64,000 bases of DNA from Candidatus Fervidifonticultor secundus (GTDB lineage Bacteria > Sysuimicrobiota > Sysuimicrobiia > Sysuimicrobiales > Humicultoraceae): positions 32,001-96,000 of the forward strand of contig JAVKIP010000009.1 in the NCBI GenBank assembly GCA_031459385.1, given 5' to 3'. Shown here in pieces: positions 17,251 to 26,552 of the stretch; the stretch's first letter is position 1, and every line of letters starts with the position of its first letter. A model generated the notes under the pieces. The model ran no database searches and had not been told where the DNA came from. It worked only from the letters and a program-made list of their open reading frames with translations. The position numbers and the translations under genes were made by a program.

Positions 17251-18270
17251 CTACTTGGGCAGCGGGAAGACCTCCCGGGTCCAGCGGTTCACCAGCGCGT
17301 CGCGGACCGCGGCCTTGCCGTACTTGATGAAGTCGTACCGGATGACGTTGAAGTCCTGGAACCGCGGCGCCACCTTGGGCACCGGCGTCCTGGCGTTAGA
17401 CGGCAGCTGGTAGGACTTGGCGTCCACGGCCAGGACCTGCACCTCCGGCTGCAGCGCCCAGTCGATGAACGTCAGGGCGTGGGCGCGGTTGGGCGCGCCC
17501 TTCACCAGGCTCAGCCCGCCGATCTCGTATCCGGTCCCGTCGCGGGCCGCGCCGTAGGTCACCGGGAAGCCGCTGAGGATCTGCAGCACCGCGTCGTGGA
17601 CGAAGGTGACGCCGATGGCCACCTCGCCGCGACCGGCCAGCGTGCCGGGCGCCGCGCCGGCGCGCGTGTACTCCGTGACGTTGCGGTGGATGCGCTTGAG
17701 GAGGTCGAAGCCCCGCTCGTCCCCGTAGATCTGCACGATCGTGGCGATCATCGTATATCCCGTGCCCGAGGTGTTCGGGTTCGGGTATGCTACCAGCCCG
17801 CGCAGGCGCGGGTCGGCCAGGTCCTGCCAGGTCCGCGGCTCGGGGATGTTCTTCTCGCGCAGCAGCCGGCCGTTCACCGCCCAGCCCAGCACGCCGGCGT
17901 AGAGCGGGATGTACTTGCCGCCCACCGCTTCCTTGAGCTGCGGCCGGATGTCGTCCCAGGCCTTCGGCCGGTAGAACTCGGTGAGCCCCTCCTCCGCCGC
18001 GACGAAGTGCGGGTCGCCGGTGCCACCGAACCAGACGTCGAAGACCGGGTTGGCCTTCTCCGCGCGCAGGCGCGCCAGGGCCTCGCCCGACGACAGCCGG
18101 ACGAAGTCGAGTTGCACGCCCGTCTGCCGCGGGAACTCGCGCTTGAGCAGGTCGCACCACTCCACGTTGGGACTGCACAGCACGACCACGCGGCCCGCCG
18201 CCGGCCCGGCCCGCGCCACGCCCGCCGCGGCCAGCAGCACCGCGATCACCAGCATCAGCACCTGTCGCAC
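17251..18270 (-). CDS. ABC substrate-binding protein (AfuA/Fe3+-binding family)
   Basis: LSSGEALARLRAEKANP, DVWFGGTGDPH, PNPNTSGTGY, GTGYEIGG; GTG after GAGGAGG. Confidence 0.88.
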   Translation of the reverse strand: MRQVLMLVIAVLLAAAGVARAGPAAGRVVVLCSPNVEWCDLLKREFPRQTGVQLDFVRLSSGEALARLRAEKANPVFDVWFGGTGDPHFVAAEEGLTEFYRPKAWDDIRPQLKEAVGGKYIPLYAGVLGWAVNGRLLREKNIPEPRTWQDLADPRLRGLVAYPNPNTSGTGYTMIATIVQIYGDERGFDLLKRIHRNVTEYTRAGAAPGTLAGRGEVAIGVTFVHDAVLQILSGFPVTYGAARDGTGYEIGGLSLVKGAPNRAHALTFIDWALQPEVQVLAVDAKSYQLPSNARTPVPKVAPRFQDFNVIRYDFIKYGKAAVRDALVNRWTREVFPLPK

Positions 18271-18397
18271 ACGCCCACCTCCTCGCTGTCGAACCGCCAA
18301 CGCCTCCGCCGGACTCTTCCGCCGCGCACCGCCGGCCTCCTTCCCCGACGCTCCTGCCCCACGCCCTGCCGTTCCCGGGCGGGCCTCCGCCCGCGGC

Positions 18398-19321
18398 CTA
18401 CCGGCCTTCGAACGCCTCCTCGACCACGGTTCCCACCCACCCCGGGGGGACGGGCACGCCCAGGACCGCCAGGATCGTCGGCGCGGTGTCGTATACCGCA
18501 ATCCGGCGCTCCAGCGCCACGCCGCGCTTCACCCCCGGCCCCATCATGATCCACGGGACCGTCATCACCTCGGGGACGACCACGCGGTGGTCGCGCTCGA
18601 TGCCGCCGTGATCTGCGGTGACGATGACGACCGTCCGGCCGTCCAGCCCGGCGTCGCGGTACGCCTGCCGCAGCGCTCCCACGGCGGCAACGCCGCGCCG
18701 CAACGCCTGCAGGTAGGCGAACGACATCCAGCCCTCCGCATGCCCCACGACGTCGGGTTCGGAGATGTGCGCCAGCGTCAGGTGTGGCCGGGCGGCGCGC
18801 ACGTACGCTGCGGTGGCCTCGACCAGGTCTGCGGTCAACGTGGCCGGACGCCAGCGGACGAGCCCGACGCGGTCGAGGTACTGGGGGTCGGCGATGACGC
18901 GGACGTACCCTTTCTGGGTGAACAGGGCAGCGCGCAGCCCGGCCTGTTTCGCAGCCGAGAAGATCGTGGGCACGCGAGGGTACGGCATGCCGGGCCGCCA
19001 GTCGTTCTCGCGCACACCGTGCCGGTCGGGCCCCACGCCAGACACCATCGACATGTGAGCCGACGCCGTCAGCGGCGGCACCGTCGTCTGGGCGTGCATC
19101 GACGCCGCGGCCTCCTGGAGGAGCGCGTCGATCCCGGCGCCGCGCAGACCATCGGGTCGGGCGCCATCCAGGGTCACGAGCAGCACGTGCTCGGCGAGCC
19201 GCGCAGGCTGCGCGGGCGCCGGACCCGCTGCGGCGGCCAGCGCCAGTCCCAGGACGAGCAGGGCCAGGACCCGGCCGACGGGCCGCCTGGGTGCGCTGCA
19301 GCGCACAACTCGCGTCCGCAT
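18398..19321 (-). CDS. Secreted alkaline phosphatase/nucleotide pyrophosphatase family protein
   Basis: Signal peptide; VLLVTLDGARPD, PPLTASAH, EPDVVGH, VTADHGG. Confidence 0.85.
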   Translation of the reverse strand: MRTRVVRCSAPRRPVGRVLALLVLGLALAAAAGPAPAQPARLAEHVLLVTLDGARPDGLRGAGIDALLQEAAASMHAQTTVPPLTASAHMSMVSGVGPDRHGVRENDWRPGMPYPRVPTIFSAAKQAGLRAALFTQKGYVRVIADPQYLDRVGLVRWRPATLTADLVEATAAYVRAARPHLTLAHISEPDVVGHAEGWMSFAYLQALRRGVAAVGALRQAYRDAGLDGRTVVIVTADHGGIERDHRVVVPEVMTVPWIMMGPGVKRGVALERRIAVYDTAPTILAVLGVPVPPGWVGTVVEEAFEGR

Positions 19322-19370
19322 CCTCCCGCACCTCCTCTCCGGGGCGAGTCCGCCTCCGTTTGTCCCGGGG

Positions 19371-19553
19371 CTAGACGTTCTCCCCGGCCAGCACGTGCGT
19401 CCGCTCCGGGTCCAGCACCAGGTAGACCTCGCCCTCATACCGACGCTCGCCGGGCGCCGGTTGATCCACGATCCACTCCATGCCCGCGGCGTCGATCCAG
19501 TAGCGCGCCAGCGCGCCCAGGAACGCCGCGGCCCGCACGCGGCCCCGGAGCAC
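19371..19553 (-). pseudogene. Orphan TOBE-like domain (C-terminus of an ABC ATPase)
   Basis: VLRGRVRAAAFLGALARYWIDAAG...VYLVLDPERTHVL resembles the C-terminus of the ATPase at 13901-14980. Confidence 0.55.
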
Positions 19554-19618
19554 CGGGCGGCCTGCCCAGGGTGGCGGTGCCTCCCCGCCCGCGGCCAGGC
19601 CGGGACCGCACGCCCGGG

Positions 19619-20431
19619 TCAGCCTGCAGCCTCCGGGGCCAGGATGAAGCGCTCGATGACCTCCCGCAGGCCACCCGCGTCGTTGCCGGGCGCCACGTAG
19701 TCGGCCTCCGCCCGCAGCGTCTCGGGCGCGTGCTGCATCGCGACGCCCAGCCCCGCGTACTGGATCATCGCCAGGTCGTTCAGGTTGTCGCCCACGGCGA
19801 TGATCTCCTCCGGCCGCACGCCCAGCCGCTCGGCCACAATCTGCAGGGCCACGCCCTTGTTCACCCGCGGGGGCAGGACCTCCAGGTAGTGGTGCTCGGA
19901 GAAGACGTAGGTGACCGGCTCGCGCAACGCGTCGATCTCCCGCGCCGCGGCCTCCAGCACCGGCCGGTCGCCGATGGTGAGGATCTTCATCGGGTCGGTC
20001 CGGAGCCACTGCCGCAGATCGCCCACGGCCTCGACCTCCAGGCCGTCCTTCTGCTGGTAGGCTACGGTCAGGGCGTTGACCGCCCCGACGTAGACGCGGT
20101 CATCCACGTAGACGTGCGGCTGCGCCTGCGGATAGCGGGCCAGGATCTCCAGCACCGCCTGCGCTTGCTGGCGGGGCAGCACTGCCCGGAACCAGATCCG
20201 GTCGGTGGCGAAGTCGTACACCAGCCCGCCGTTGTAGAGGATCGCCGGCGGGTCGGCCCCCAGGTCCTCGACATATCGCCGCGCCGACCGCCAGATCCGC
20301 CCGGTGGCCAGGCAGGCGCGCACGCCCCGCGCCCGGGCCGCGCGGACGGCCTCGCGCACCGACGGCGGGATCTCCCGCGCCGCGGTAACCAGCGTCCCGT
20401 CGATGTCGGTGACGAGCAGACGGTACCTCAC
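19619..20431 (-). CDS. Cof-type HAD-IIB phosphatase
   Basis: LLVTDIDGTL, LATGR, KGVAL, VGDNLNDLAM; GTGA overlap. Confidence 0.92.
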   Translation of the reverse strand: MRYRLLVTDIDGTLVTAAREIPPSVREAVRAARARGVRACLATGRIWRSARRYVEDLGADPPAILYNGGLVYDFATDRIWFRAVLPRQQAQAVLEILARYPQAQPHVYVDDRVYVGAVNALTVAYQQKDGLEVEAVGDLRQWLRTDPMKILTIGDRPVLEAAAREIDALREPVTYVFSEHHYLEVLPPRVNKGVALQIVAERLGVRPEEIIAVGDNLNDLAMIQYAGLGVAMQHAPETLRAEADYVAPGNDAGGLREVIERFILAPEAAG

Positions 20432-21414
20432 GGGGGCAGGGGCAGCCGGACGGTCTCGCCCGTCCGCACGGCGCGGTAGACGGCCTCCACCAGTTCGGTG
20501 GCGCGGTAGCCGTCGTCTGCGGTCACTGTCGGGGGGCGCTCGCCGAGCACGGTGTCGATGAAGAGCCGGTCCTCCGCCACGTAGCCCCACTTCTCCTCGA
20601 ACGGCATTTGGAAGCAGTCGATGGCCTCCACCTGCCCGCGCATCGCCGGCGAGAACGCGGCCCGCTCCAGCTCCTCGGTCACCAGGGTACAGTGGTCGCC
20701 GTAGACCTCCACGCGCTCGTAGGGGAACAGCCAGGAGGCGTGGGCCACGCTGGTGACCGACGCCACCACGCCGCTGGCGAAGGTGAAGAGCAACACGAAG
20801 CCGTCGGGCTCGCGGTAGACGCTCTGCCGGGCATGGCCGGCAACCGTGGCCACCTCGCCGAACAGGAAGCGCCCCATGTCGAACAGGTGCACCGGGGTCT
20901 CGTAGAGGTACCCGCCGGTCACCGATGGATCGCCCGTCCACGGCGGCTGCACCAGCTCGCCGCGGTTGTGCTTCATCTGGGCGAGCCGCGGCACGAGCCG
21001 GCCGCCGTCGATGCGCTCTTTGGCGAACCGGTAGACGTTGGCGAAGCGCCGGTTGAACCCGATCTGGTAGGCGCCCCGGGCCCGGCGGGCCGCCTCGCGG
21101 ATCCGCGCGGCGCCCTCCAGCGACGTCGCCATCGGCTTCTCCGAGAAGACGTGCACGCCCGCCGCCAGCGCCCTGAGCACGGGTTCCACGTGGTGGGCGT
21201 TGGGCGTGCAGACGTACACCGCACCCGCACCCGCATCGAGCAACTGGTCGAGGCTGCCCAGCGCCCGCGTGCCCACCTCGTCTGCCAGCCGGGTGGCCGC
21301 CGCGGCGGCCACGTCTGCCACGCCGACCAGCTCCACCCGCCGGTCGCGCGCCAGGTTCAGCGCGTGGATCCGCCCGATGAACCCTGCCCCCAGCACGCCC
21401 ACCCTGGCGCTCAT
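20428..21414 (-). CDS. Gfo/Idh/MocA oxidoreductase (inositol dehydrogenase-like)
   Basis: VGVLGAGFIG, HVFSEKPM, IGFNRRF. Confidence 0.9.
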   Translation of the reverse strand: MSARVGVLGAGFIGRIHALNLARDRRVELVGVADVAAAAATRLADEVGTRALGSLDQLLDAGAGAVYVCTPNAHHVEPVLRALAAGVHVFSEKPMATSLEGAARIREAARRARGAYQIGFNRRFANVYRFAKERIDGGRLVPRLAQMKHNRGELVQPPWTGDPSVTGGYLYETPVHLFDMGRFLFGEVATVAGHARQSVYREPDGFVLLFTFASGVVASVTSVAHASWLFPYERVEVYGDHCTLVTEELERAAFSPAMRGQVEAIDCFQMPFEEKWGYVAEDRLFIDTVLGERPPTVTADDGYRATELVEAVYRAVRTGETVRLPLPP

Positions 21415-22271
21415 GTCGCGCCTCCCCGGGCGGCCTGCGCCACCGTCTCCTGCATCGCGGCCAGGCCGCGGCGCGCCAGCACCTCGGGATCCCAGCGCCA
21501 GTACTCCGGCCGGAACAGCTCGAGCGAGTAGGCGCCCCGGTAGCCCAGCGCCTGCAGGCGCGCCACGAGCGACCGCAGGGGGAGCACGCCCGCGCCCGGC
21601 AGCAGCCGATCGGCGTCGGTGAGCCGGGACGGTTCGTCATCTGCGGCGTCGTCGAGGTGCACGATGAAGACGTCGTCACCCCGCAGGCCGTCCAGGTCCT
21701 CCAGGCGCGAGCCGCCCACGTAGAAGTGGAAGGCGTCGATGACCAGGCCCACGCGCGGGTCGTCCAGCTCCGCGAGGATGGTCCGGGCAGCGCGCAGGGT
21801 GCTGATCGAAGAGGTCGCAAACCCCAGGAACTCGAACCCGACCTGCACGCCGGCGCCGTGGGCGACCGCAGCGTGGGCCCGCAGCGCCGCCACGGTGAGG
21901 GCGCGGACGCGGGGCTCGGGCAGGCCGCCCGCGGGCAGCAGGCTGGGCACCACCACCACGAACGGCGCCTCCAGCGCCGCGGCCCACCGGCACAGCACCT
22001 CCATCCGCGCGCGCCGCTGGTCCAGGGCCTGGCCCGCGTGCAGCGTGGCGTCTTCCAGCGCGTTCACGCTCAGCACGCGCACGCCGGCCTGGCCGACGAG
22101 GTCCCGGAGCTCCTGCACCGTGCCGCCGGCTGCGAGGAAGGCCTCGATCTTGGCGTCGCGCAGCTCCACCCACTGGTAGCCGGCGGCCGCGGCGACGCGC
22201 AGGTCGGTCGCCACGTCAGCCGGGCCCGTCGTGGCGCCGTTGAGCCCGAAGGACGGCAGGCTCATCGTCAT
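21411..22271 (-). CDS. Sugar phosphate isomerase/epimerase (IolI-like TIM barrel)
   Basis: GFEFLGF, LVIDAFHF, VHLDD, DRLLPGAG, SLELF; start approximate. Confidence 0.85.
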   Translation of the reverse strand: MTMSLPSFGLNGATTGPADVATDLRVAAAAGYQWVELRDAKIEAFLAAGGTVQELRDLVGQAGVRVLSVNALEDATLHAGQALDQRRARMEVLCRWAAALEAPFVVVVPSLLPAGGLPEPRVRALTVAALRAHAAVAHGAGVQVGFEFLGFATSSISTLRAARTILAELDDPRVGLVIDAFHFYVGGSRLEDLDGLRGDDVFIVHLDDAADDEPSRLTDADRLLPGAGVLPLRSLVARLQALGYRGAYSLELFRPEYWRWDPEVLARRGLAAMQETVAQAARGGAT

Positions 22272-22405
22272 CTGGAAAACGATGCCTTCCCCGGACCGGC
22301 ACTGCTTCCCTCCCCGGCGCGGCCGGCCGCCGTGCGGCATCCTCCCTCGCCATCGGGGGGCGGCTGGCCTAGAATCAAGGCGATGCCCCGATCGGGAGGC
22401 GACGC

Positions 22406-23584
22406 GTGAGAGACCTCGCGATCCGTCCCACGGACTACTACCGGCTGGACGACGTGCTGACCGACGACGAGCGGCTCGTGCGCGACACGGTCCGCCGCTT
22501 CGTCGACCGCGAGGTGCTACCGCAGATCGGCGGCTGGTGGCTGCGCGGCGAGTTTCCCCGGCACCTGATCCCCGCGCTGGGCGAGCTGGGCGTGCTGGGC
22601 GCTAACCTGCCGGCCGACTACGGCGCCGCCGGCGTCAACAACGTCGCCTACGGCCTGATCCTCCAGGAACTGGAGCGCGGCGACTCGGGCCTGCGGTCCT
22701 TCGCCTCGGTGCAGGGGGCGCTGGTCATGTACCCCATCTACGTCTACGGGAGCGAGGAGCAGAAGCGGCACTGGCTGCCGCGGCTGGCCCGCGGCGAGGC
22801 GGTGGGCTGCTTCGGCCTCACCGAGCACTCGGCCGGCTCCGACCCGGCCGCCATGCAGATGCGCGCCCGGCGCCGCCCCGGCGGGTGGGAGCTCTCCGGC
22901 ACGAAGATGTGGATCACCAACGGCACCCTGGCCGATGTGGCGGTGATCTGGGCCAGGGACGACGAGGACGAGATCCGCGGCTTCCTGGTCGAGCGCGGGA
23001 CCCCGGGCTTCTCGGCCCACGAGGTGAAGACCAAGGCGAGCATGCGCGCCTCTGATACGGCCGAGCTGGTGCTGGACGGCGTGCGCGTGGGCGACGACGC
23101 GCTCCTGCCCGGGGTCCGCGGACTGCGCGGTCCGCTGGGCTGCCTGACGCAGGCGCGCTACGGCATCGCCTGGGGCGCCATCGGCGCCGCGGTCGCCTGC
23201 TTCGAGGAGGCCCTGGCCTACGCCAGGACCCGCGTCGCCTTCGGCAGGCCCATCGCGGCGCGGCAGCTGATCCAGGAGCGCCTGGTGGACATGCTCCAGG
23301 AGATCACGAAGGCCCAGTGGCTGGCCTACCGGCTGGGCCAGCTCAAGGATCAGGGGAAGATGCACTACACGCACGTCTCGCTGGCCAAGCGCAACAACGT
23401 GCGCGCCGCGCTGGAGATCGCCCGGGCCGCGCGGACGATCCTGGGCGCTTCCGGCATCACCCTCGAGTACCATGCCATGCGGCACGCGGCCAACCTGGAG
23501 ACGGTCGACACCTACGAAGGGACCTACGACATCCACACCCTGATTCTGGGCCGCGACATCACGGGGTTCGACGCGTTCGCCTGA
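22406..23584 (+). CDS. Acyl-CoA dehydrogenase, glutaryl-CoA dehydrogenase-like
   Basis: ELERGDSGLRSFASVQGAL, FGLTE..AGSDP, NLETVDTYEGTYDIH. Confidence 0.88.
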   Translation: MRDLAIRPTDYYRLDDVLTDDERLVRDTVRRFVDREVLPQIGGWWLRGEFPRHLIPALGELGVLGANLPADYGAAGVNNVAYGLILQELERGDSGLRSFASVQGALVMYPIYVYGSEEQKRHWLPRLARGEAVGCFGLTEHSAGSDPAAMQMRARRRPGGWELSGTKMWITNGTLADVAVIWARDDEDEIRGFLVERGTPGFSAHEVKTKASMRASDTAELVLDGVRVGDDALLPGVRGLRGPLGCLTQARYGIAWGAIGAAVACFEEALAYARTRVAFGRPIAARQLIQERLVDMLQEITKAQWLAYRLGQLKDQGKMHYTHVSLAKRNNVRAALEIARAARTILGASGITLEYHAMRHAANLETVDTYEGTYDIHTLILGRDITGFDAFA

Positions 23585-23598
23585 CGGAAGGCACCCGC

Positions 23599-24231
23599 TT
23601 ACCAGACCACCGGATGGCGGGCCGGCGTCGTCCGCTCGCGGGTCGGCAGCGCCTGTCCCGCATCGGGCACGCAGTCCTTGCCGGCGAACACCCCGACGCC
23701 CACCACCGCGTTGACCTGGGTGCGCCCGGTGGTCGTGCCCAACGTGGAGAACGAGACTGTCCACGCGGCACGCGGGCCGTCCTGGCTCACGGCGGCCGTC
23801 CCCACCACGAAGAAGGCTGCGTCGAAGACGTTGTAGGTCCCATTGGCGTTGCGCGTCGTGAGGTCGATGAAGCGCTCGTGGCCCTGGCCGCCGCCGCAGG
23901 GCGGCACGAAGCTCACGCCCGTCGCGCTGTTGAGGTCGGTGTTGAACCCGATGCCGCCGCTGAACTGCGTGGACGATGCCGACGTGCCGGGCGCAGGCAG
24001 TACCGGGTCGGGCTGTGTCCACAGGCGGACCTCGAGCGTCGAGGTCCCGCGCACGGTCCGCAGTTCCAGCACGTCGAACGTAGGTGCCGATCCTGCATCG
24101 CCCGCGGGATCGGCGGTGACGCTCACCCCGGGATCGATCGGCGTCTGGTTCAGGCCCTCCAGTTGTCCGCACGCCGCCACCACGACCACGACCGCCGCCA
24201 GGGCGACCATCTGCGCCAGTCGCATCCCCAT
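23599..24231 (-). CDS. Putative lipoprotein, unknown function
   Basis: Lipobox VVAAC after hydrophobic stretch; DPAGD repeat-like motif; beta-rich. Confidence 0.75.
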   Translation of the reverse strand: MGMRLAQMVALAAVVVVVAACGQLEGLNQTPIDPGVSVTADPAGDAGSAPTFDVLELRTVRGTSTLEVRLWTQPDPVLPAPGTSASSTQFSGGIGFNTDLNSATGVSFVPPCGGGQGHERFIDLTTRNANGTYNVFDAAFFVVGTAAVSQDGPRAAWTVSFSTLGTTTGRTQVNAVVGVGVFAGKDCVPDAGQALPTRERTTPARHPVVW

Positions 24232-24341
24232 CGCCTCACATTCGGCCCGGCACCGCCCGAAGCCCCTTGGTGCTGCCACGTATACGGATCGGCGGCGCAC
24301 GCGGTTCTACGAGGGGGACGGCAAAGACGCGTCGGGGCGGC

Positions 24342-24374
24342 AAAACGAAAAGGCGACGGGCACTCCCGCCGCCT
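24342..24374 (-). terminator. Intrinsic terminator downstream of the 14-aa peptide gene
   Basis: Minus strand AGGCGGCGGG-AGTG-CCCGTCGCCT followed by TTTCGTTTT. Confidence 0.85.
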
Positions 24375-24397
24375 CTTCGGGGGCAAGCGCCGTGCTG

Positions 24398-24442
24398 TTA
24401 CTTGCCCTTCTTCTTGGCGGCCTTCTTCGCCTTCTTCGCCAC
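24398..24442 (-). CDS. 14-aa Lys/Ala-rich basic peptide MAKKAKKAAKKKGK
   Basis: AAGGAGG SD 8 nt before GTG; all Lys codons AAG; TAA stop; own -10 and terminator. Confidence 0.7.
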   Translation of the reverse strand: MAKKAKKAAKKKGK

Positions 24443-24505
24443 CGTCCTCGCCTCCTTCTCCTGGAAGATGGACGGCAGACCCGTGCCGTCGGGTGTTCGT
24501 TCGCC

Positions 24506-24519
24506 ACTATATATAGAAT
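24506..24519. promoter_or_regulatory. Back-to-back -10 elements (TATAGT minus, TAGAAT plus)
   Basis: AT-rich ACTATATATAGAAT patch between divergent genes. Confidence 0.55.
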
Positions 24520-24604
24520 CTCCTGCTCCCTCGGACACAATTTCTTGGCATCGCCTCGCAGGGCGCTGCAGGACCCGACTGCGGGGGTGGCCGAATTCCT
24601 CCGC

Positions 24605-26536
24605 GTGAGGCAGCCGGCGCCACGAACGCTCCTGCGCACCGTGCTCCTGGCGGCGGTCGCGGTCATGGCCGCCGCCTCGGGGGCGACAGCCCAGGCGACC
24701 GCCACGGACTTGGGCGGGCACTGGGCCGCGGCCCGGATCGCCGACCTCGTGCGCCGCGGCGTGGTCGCCCTCGACCCGAACCGCCGCTTCTATCCCGACC
24801 GTCCCCTGGCCCGCGCCCAGTACATCACGTGGCTCGCGGCCGCGCGCGGTCTGTCGTCGCTGCGTGTCGAGATGCCGAGCTTCGCCGACGTGCCGCCGGA
24901 GCACCAGGCCGCGGCGGCGATTGAGAGCGCGGTGGCGGTGGGCATCGTACCGCCCGGCGGCCTGTTCCGCCCCGGCGAGGCCATCACGCGCGCCGAGGCC
25001 ATCGTCTTCCTCGTCCGCGCCCTCGGCCACACGTTCGAGGCTGCCTACATGGTCAACGCGCCGCTGCCCTATGCCGACGTCGACCACCTGGAGCCGACGG
25101 TGCGCGGTGCCATCGCGGTTGCCGCGCTGAGCGAGCCGCCGTTGTTGCGCGAGCCGCCCGCCGACCGCCTGCGGCCCGCGGAGGCCGCCACACGCGCGGA
25201 GGCCGCCAGCCTGCTCTGGGCTTACCTGCAGGCCGTCGAACGCGGCGCGCGCCTCCGCTTCAGCACCACCCTGGGCCAGGGCGTGACGCTCATCCTCGAG
25301 AAGCGGGGGGCGCTGCGCATCACCCCGACCTGGCGCGTCCAGGTGGGGGCGTTCCTGGAGGAAGACCGGGCCCGCCGGCTGGCCGCGGCGATGCGCGCGC
25401 GGGGGTATGCGACCGACGTGGAGGCGGTCGACGAGGTCTTCCGGGTGCGCGTCGGGCAGTTTCGCACCCGCGAGGACGCCGAGACGTTCCGCCTGCGCCT
25501 GGGGCCTGAGGCCGCCTCGGCGCAGGTGATCCTCACGGTGCAGGACTACGACGCGCTCTCCGGTCCTTTCTGGACCGGCATGCTCCTGGTAGAAGCGGCC
25601 AGCGGCGTCCGGCTCCGGCCCGCCCTGGCGCTGGAGACCGGCGTGGGGCGCGGTCGCGTGAGCGAGGCGGCCCGGCGGGCCGGCGCGCTGGCGGCGGTCA
25701 ACGGCGGCTTCTTCCACGCCGCCACCGGCGACCCGCTGGGCTGCCTGGTCATCGACGGGGAGGTCGTGAGCGAGCCCATCCTGGGCCGCACCTGCGCGGG
25801 GATCACCAACGACGGCCAAGTGCTCTTCGACACCATGCGGTTCGACGCCGGCGTGGAGGTCAACGGTACGCGCCTGCCGGTCAACGGCGTGAACCGGGCC
25901 CGGGGTGCCGATGAACTGATCATCTACCGTCCGGCCTTTGGCCCGTCCACGCGCACGAATGCGTTCGGCACCGAGGTCGCCGTCGTGGGCGGCGTGGTCG
26001 AGCAGGTGGTCGACGGCCGGGGAAACACCGCGATACCCGCCGACGGCTTCGTGCTGTCCGCGCACGGCCGCACGCGTCCGGCGCTGACGGCGCTGCGGCC
26101 GGGCGACCGCGTGACGGCGTGGATGCGCTTGGTGCCGGTCTCCGGCGACCCCAGATGGGAGGACGTGCGGCACATTATCGGCGGCGGGCCGCGGTTGCTG
26201 GCCGACGGGCAGTACATCGGGGGCGAGGGCTTCCGGCCGTCGTTCACCGACCGCCGGCACCCGCGCACCGCGATCGGCCGCCTCGAGGACGGCCGGACGC
26301 TGCTGGTCGTGGTCGGCGGCCGGCAGCCCTATCACAGTCTGGGCATGACGCTCCCGGAGCTGGCGGCCGTCCTGCGCCTGCTGGGCGTCACCGATGCTCT
26401 GAACCTGGACGGCGGAGGCTCCACCACCCTGGTCGTGCGCGGCGTGGTCGTCAACCTGCCGTCGGACGAGACGGGCGAGCGGCCGGTGGGCGACGTGCTG
26501 CTGGTGATGCCGCCGGCCACGCAGGAACAGCCCTGA
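24605..26536 (+). CDS. Secreted SLH + SPOR + phosphodiester glycosidase (NAGPA) protein
   Basis: Signal peptide; SLH DLGGHWA..FRPGEAITRAE; SPOR WRVQVGAF; NAGPA AAVNGGFF, HPRTAIG, ALNLDGGGSTT. Confidence 0.85.
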   Translation: MRQPAPRTLLRTVLLAAVAVMAAASGATAQATATDLGGHWAAARIADLVRRGVVALDPNRRFYPDRPLARAQYITWLAAARGLSSLRVEMPSFADVPPEHQAAAAIESAVAVGIVPPGGLFRPGEAITRAEAIVFLVRALGHTFEAAYMVNAPLPYADVDHLEPTVRGAIAVAALSEPPLLREPPADRLRPAEAATRAEAASLLWAYLQAVERGARLRFSTTLGQGVTLILEKRGALRITPTWRVQVGAFLEEDRARRLAAAMRARGYATDVEAVDEVFRVRVGQFRTREDAETFRLRLGPEAASAQVILTVQDYDALSGPFWTGMLLVEAASGVRLRPALALETGVGRGRVSEAARRAGALAAVNGGFFHAATGDPLGCLVIDGEVVSEPILGRTCAGITNDGQVLFDTMRFDAGVEVNGTRLPVNGVNRARGADELIIYRPAFGPSTRTNAFGTEVAVVGGVVEQVVDGRGNTAIPADGFVLSAHGRTRPALTALRPGDRVTAWMRLVPVSGDPRWEDVRHIIGGGPRLLADGQYIGGEGFRPSFTDRRHPRTAIGRLEDGRTLLVVVGGRQPYHSLGMTLPELAAVLRLLGVTDALNLDGGGSTTLVVRGVVVNLPSDETGERPVGDVLLVMPPATQEQP

Positions 26537-26552
26537 CCCGTCGGGCCCGGGG

